Below are positions 60,091 through 64,000 of a stretch of 64,000 nt of DNA, in pieces. Source of the stretch: Octopus sinensis (lineage: Eukaryota); contig NC_043006.1 of NCBI RefSeq assembly GCF_006345805.1, positions 27,032,001-27,096,000 on the forward strand, in the 5' to 3' direction. Positions within the stretch are counted from its first letter, which is position 1; every line of letters begins with the position of its first letter. The translations under genes and the position numbers were made by a program. A model generated the notes under the pieces. That model saw only the letters and a list, made by a program, of their open reading frames with translations. It did not search any database and was not told the origin of the DNA.

Positions 60091-61226
60091 TTGTGTTACA
60101 GCTAAGAATTAAACAGTTATTTGTTTGTGTTTTGAGAGGTAGAAAATTATATAGTCATGGTGGACAAACATTTCTTTAACACATGATATAGCAGTGACCT
60201 AGAAACCTGTTTTCACATGGACCTTCTCTGATTTGACTGTGGAGCAAAACTTGAATTCTTAGCCAAGTTTTATATTGTAATATAAGAAATTTTTCACTCA
60301 GTGTCGTACAATTGAATGACTGCAGATGAAATACTATTGGTTGACAATTAGGCCGATATCACCTGATAGCAGTGATCTCTCTTTAATAAGTTAATGCAGT
60401 TTCAGTTTTAAATCCTGCTCAGTGTGTTAGCCAGCTCAATGCCCTGAAATGTAGATTGTTATCAAACTACTTACTGCCATTTAAGTGTCAGTTTTATATT
60501 ATTTTGTATTTACAGATATTAGCAGGTGACCTTGAGTGAAGATGATACAACATTAGCCAATTCCGAAAAGCAGAGATCATTGTAGTGGTGGTGGTGGTGG
60601 TGAGAGAGAGAGAGAGAGTTAAATAATGCACAAATATAAAGCAATCACATGTTCAGCATGTGGCTAATAAAAAGAAGTGTACACTTTATGGACGAAGGCA
60701 GTTTTACCTGGGCCTCACTCTCTTGAAAACAAACCTCAATAAACTCAGAAATACACAAACCAGTGAAGTCAAATCTGTACATAACGACTTCTCATACAAA
60801 AAAGGAATCACATAGAAACATGCCATATTCACTCAATTTACAAATAAATCATTATTTTACACAAGCAGAAGTGGACTGAGCCGTCGGTCAACTGGGCACC
60901 CCCCGAGGGTCTAGAGCACTGAGGGACCCGCCCTCAACATGTTATCTCTACTAAAACGCACATTCAAAGGTAAACAGTTATACCCAAGGGCTCTTAATAC
61001 TCTCAGTTGGCCCCTATACCTAAGTGACTACAAAGATTAATTAAACGAAGTTAATCATCGTTTTATGGTATATTTTACCAACATAAAACAGTACATTTTA
61101 GAATATTTTAAGGTAAACGAGGATTCCATAATTCCAGTGAAAATATTTTATGAATCAATGAGGGAACCAGACTAATTAAACTGACTTAATTAACCGTGTT
61201 ATAGTATATTTTATAAACAATAAAAT

Positions 61227-62031
61227 GATCTTTTCCTTTTGAACAGCACATATCAACACAATTTCTAGTTAACTAAACACTTTTAAACTTCGTATACTGG
61301 TAGAATGTGTTTATAAAACATCATTCTTTCTTGGCTTTATTGAGAAAATTCTATAGTTTGTAAGATATTTCATCTGAAATTTCGAGCATTTCGGCAATTT
61401 TAACCAATCACTGACCTCCATTTGGGGTGAAAACATTCCATGCTGTATGAATATGTCCCTCGTTTAAGAAACAGATTGGGTTTATTTACATTTGCGAAGA
61501 AAAAAGATACCCTTCCCCCACCCCTAACCCTAAATCTTACCCTAAATCTAAAATAGATTGAAATGCAATAGAGCGACACTAGGGTTATAATTATGGGTGA
61601 CATTTTCATTTGACACCGCTAGAAAAAAATCCCATTTTCCGTAGCGGTGTCGTATGAAATTGTCACCCATAATTATAACCCTAGTATCGATCTATCGCAT
61701 TTCAATCTATTTTAGATTTAGGGTTAGGGTTAGGGGTGGGGGAAGGGTTTCTTTTTTTCTTCGCAAATGTAAATAAACCCAATCTGTTTCTTAAACGAGG
61801 GACATATTCATACAGCACGGAATGTTTTCACCCCAAATGGAGGTCAGCGATTGGTTAAAATTGCCAAAATGCTTGAAATTAAAGTGGAAATACGTTACAA
61901 CATATAGAATTTTCTCAATAAAGCCAAGAAAAAATGAAGTTTTATAAACACATTCTACCAGTATACGAAGTTTAAAAGTATTTAGTTAACTAGAAATTGT
62001 GTTGATATGTGCCGTTCAAAAGGAAAAGATC
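61227..62031. mobile_element. 805-bp foldback (palindromic) element
   Basis: ~390-bp arms starting GATCTTTTCCTTTTGAAC and ending GTTCAAAAGGAAAAGATC, loop near 61622-61641; arms carry (CCCTAA)/(TTAGGG) motifs and CCAAT boxes. Confidence 0.9.
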
Positions 62032-62171
62032 CCAATAAAATGCTATACTTTAGAATTTCTGTAAACATTTGGGGATTCCAGCAAGTTGTTCCTTAACAGA
62101 CCCTTCCGTTTTGTACTGGAAATCAAACGAACATTGGGGGTGGGATTAGGTTTTTACTGCAATTTTGATTT

Positions 62172-62512
62172 TGAGACAAAATATTTTTTTTTTTACAAAT
62201 GTTCACTACCTCACAAAAACTAAACCAGCTAAGCAAATAGCTTTCCCTAAATGCATTAAAAGCATTGTTTCAGAAAATTGTTGCCCATTTCTTTGAACAT
62301 GTAAAAAACAAATTTAGCTGTGGCAAAATAAGTAAGTACAAGATAAAGTAAATTTGCGGTTTCAGTTCTCCAGAAAACAGACTCATACACATCAACATCC
62401 TTCCCTAAGACATCAGAAAGATCAGATATGTAAAAAAAAAATGTAATATCTGGGTCAAATGAAAGAGGATCAAGGAAAAAATGGCATGTAACGAAATTAA
62501 TGAAACTCGACT
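62172..62512 (+). repeat. Unclassified dispersed repeat, second copy
   Basis: See 40520-40895. Confidence 0.75.
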
Positions 62513-62667
62513 ATATATATATATATATTATATATATATATTATATATATATATATATTTATATAAATTAGGATAAGATCGTTAATTTAAATATCGATCT
62601 CAAGTGGCTAGGATGGGAATAAAAACCTTCAAAGGTAATAATTATATATATATATATATATATATAT

Positions 62668-64000
62668 GAGGGAGGAGGAGCTACAGACGTTGGACATAGA
62701 AGGTAGCTGGAAATTCCTACGGGACAGCTTGCTGAGTGCCACAGACCAAGTCTGTGGATGGTGCAAAGTCCCTTCCAGACCTAGAGTTACGTGGTGGTAG
62801 ATAGTGCCATTAGTGCAAAGAAACAGGCCTGGAAAGCCTGGAGGGATGGGGGTAGCAGGGAACTGTACCAAGTAGCTAAAAGGGAGGCTGGGCGGCAGGT
62901 ATATAGCCAAAGATGTAGCAGAAAAGAAGAAGTTTGCCAATGTCCAGCGACGTGAGGACCAAAGAACTGAGGTATTTCGGATTGCTAGACAGTGTGTGAG
63001 AGAAAATAGTGATGTTACAGGAGAGAAATGTGTTCGCATGGATGATGGGGCACTTGCTTTTAATGTTGGTGAAAAGAAAGAGGCTTGGAGAAGCCATTAT
63101 GAAAGACTGCTGAATGTGGAGAATGAATGGGAGGAGGAGAGCCTGCCAAATGTTGACCCAGTAGAGGGACAAGCTATCCGAATAGACAGCTCCCTTGTAG
63201 TTAAGGCAATTAAGGGTATGAAACCAGGTAAAGCCCCCGGCCCATCAGGAATCACGGCTGAGATGCTTAAAACAGCTGGTTATGTGGGCTATGGCCTAGT
63301 CACCCGCATTGTAAACCAGGTAGTTCATAATGGAGTCATACCCAATGACTGGTGTAGCAGCACCAAGTCAACTGCTACAAGGGTAAGGGTGATGCTCTAG
63401 ACAGAAATAACTACAGGGGTATTAAACTGTTGGATCAGGTGATGAAGGTCACACAGAGGGTCATAACCCATCTCATTAGGTAGAGAATTTGCTTAGATGA
63501 GTTCGGTTTTGTGCCGGGTAGAAGCACCACTGATGCTATATTCCTGGTCCGACAACTGCAGGAGAAGTACCTAGCTAAAGATAAACCCCTCTACATAGCT
63601 TTTGTGGACTTGGAGAAAGCCTTTGACAGGGTCCCCCGATCCCTTATCTGGTGGTCGATGCGGAAACTGGAGATTGACGAATGGCTAATAAGGGCTGTAC
63701 AGGCCTTATACAGAGAGGCTGTCAGCAAGGTGAGGATTGGCAACGAATATAGTGAAGAATTCCGGGTAGAAGTAGGTGTAGACCAAGGTTCAGCCCTCAG
63801 TCCCCTTTTATTCCTCATAGTCCTCCAGGCAATAATAGAGGAATTCAAAACAGGTTGCCCCTGGGAGCTCCTCTATGCTGATGACCTGGCCCTCATAGCA
63901 GAATCATTACCGGAACTAGAAAAGAAATTTCGGGTGTGGAAGCAAGGGTTAGAATCAAAGGGCCTTAGAGTAAATGTAGCAAAGACCAAAGTTATAGTAA
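62668..64000 (+). mobile_element. RTE-clade LINE, 5'-truncated, reverse transcriptase region (runs off window)
   Basis: FVDLEKAFDRV, QGSALSPLLF and ELLYADDL (YADD at 63874-63885) motifs; frameshift/stop near 63360-63490; starts at a (TA)n tract. Confidence 0.95.

Noticed and set aside
60515-60585. Plus-strand exon after ttttgtatttacag
   Set aside because: Stops in all three frames and no convincing donor.
61510-61747. True interstitial telomere or chromosome fusion site
   Set aside because: Only 2-3 TTAGGG units per arm, embedded symmetrically in a foldback element.

Overview
AT-rich eukaryotic genomic DNA, about half of it repeat-derived. The SINE/LINE families look like those of an octopod (coleoid) cephalopod; this is inferred from recognising the repeats, not from a search. 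The window holds one complete host gene: an 8-coding-exon hypoxanthine-guanine phosphoribosyltransferase (HPRT) on the minus strand, CDS 42793 to 9096, 699 nt, 232 aa, all introns GT-AG. Its catalytic motifs are intact, and its exon sizes match human HPRT1 except that human exons 5 and 6 are fused. The rest is a transposon landscape: many RTE-clade LINE fragments and 3' tails, a CR1-clade fragment, two tRNA-derived SINE families, a mariner nested in a mariner, a Chapaev3-like CMC element, hAT/pogo/piggyBac-like MITEs, Helitron-like ends, Penelope-like element (PLE) remnants including a GIY-YIG domain, and several long palindromes. Most notable: (1) two intact minimal type I hammerhead ribozyme motifs (46721-46763 +, 56430-56469 -) plus four decayed ones; (2) a SINE-like unit with a tRNA-like Pol III head and a hammerhead-bearing tail, in a similar inverted layout at two loci; (3) a candidate alternative HPRT exon in intron 1 with a TAATG stop/start overlap; (4) near-perfect palindromes inside the HPRT pre-mRNA and an 805-bp foldback carrying TTAGGG/G4 motifs. 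Almost all ORFs in the supplied track are spurious or TE fragments. Repeat boundaries were read by eye and are approximate unless stated as exact.
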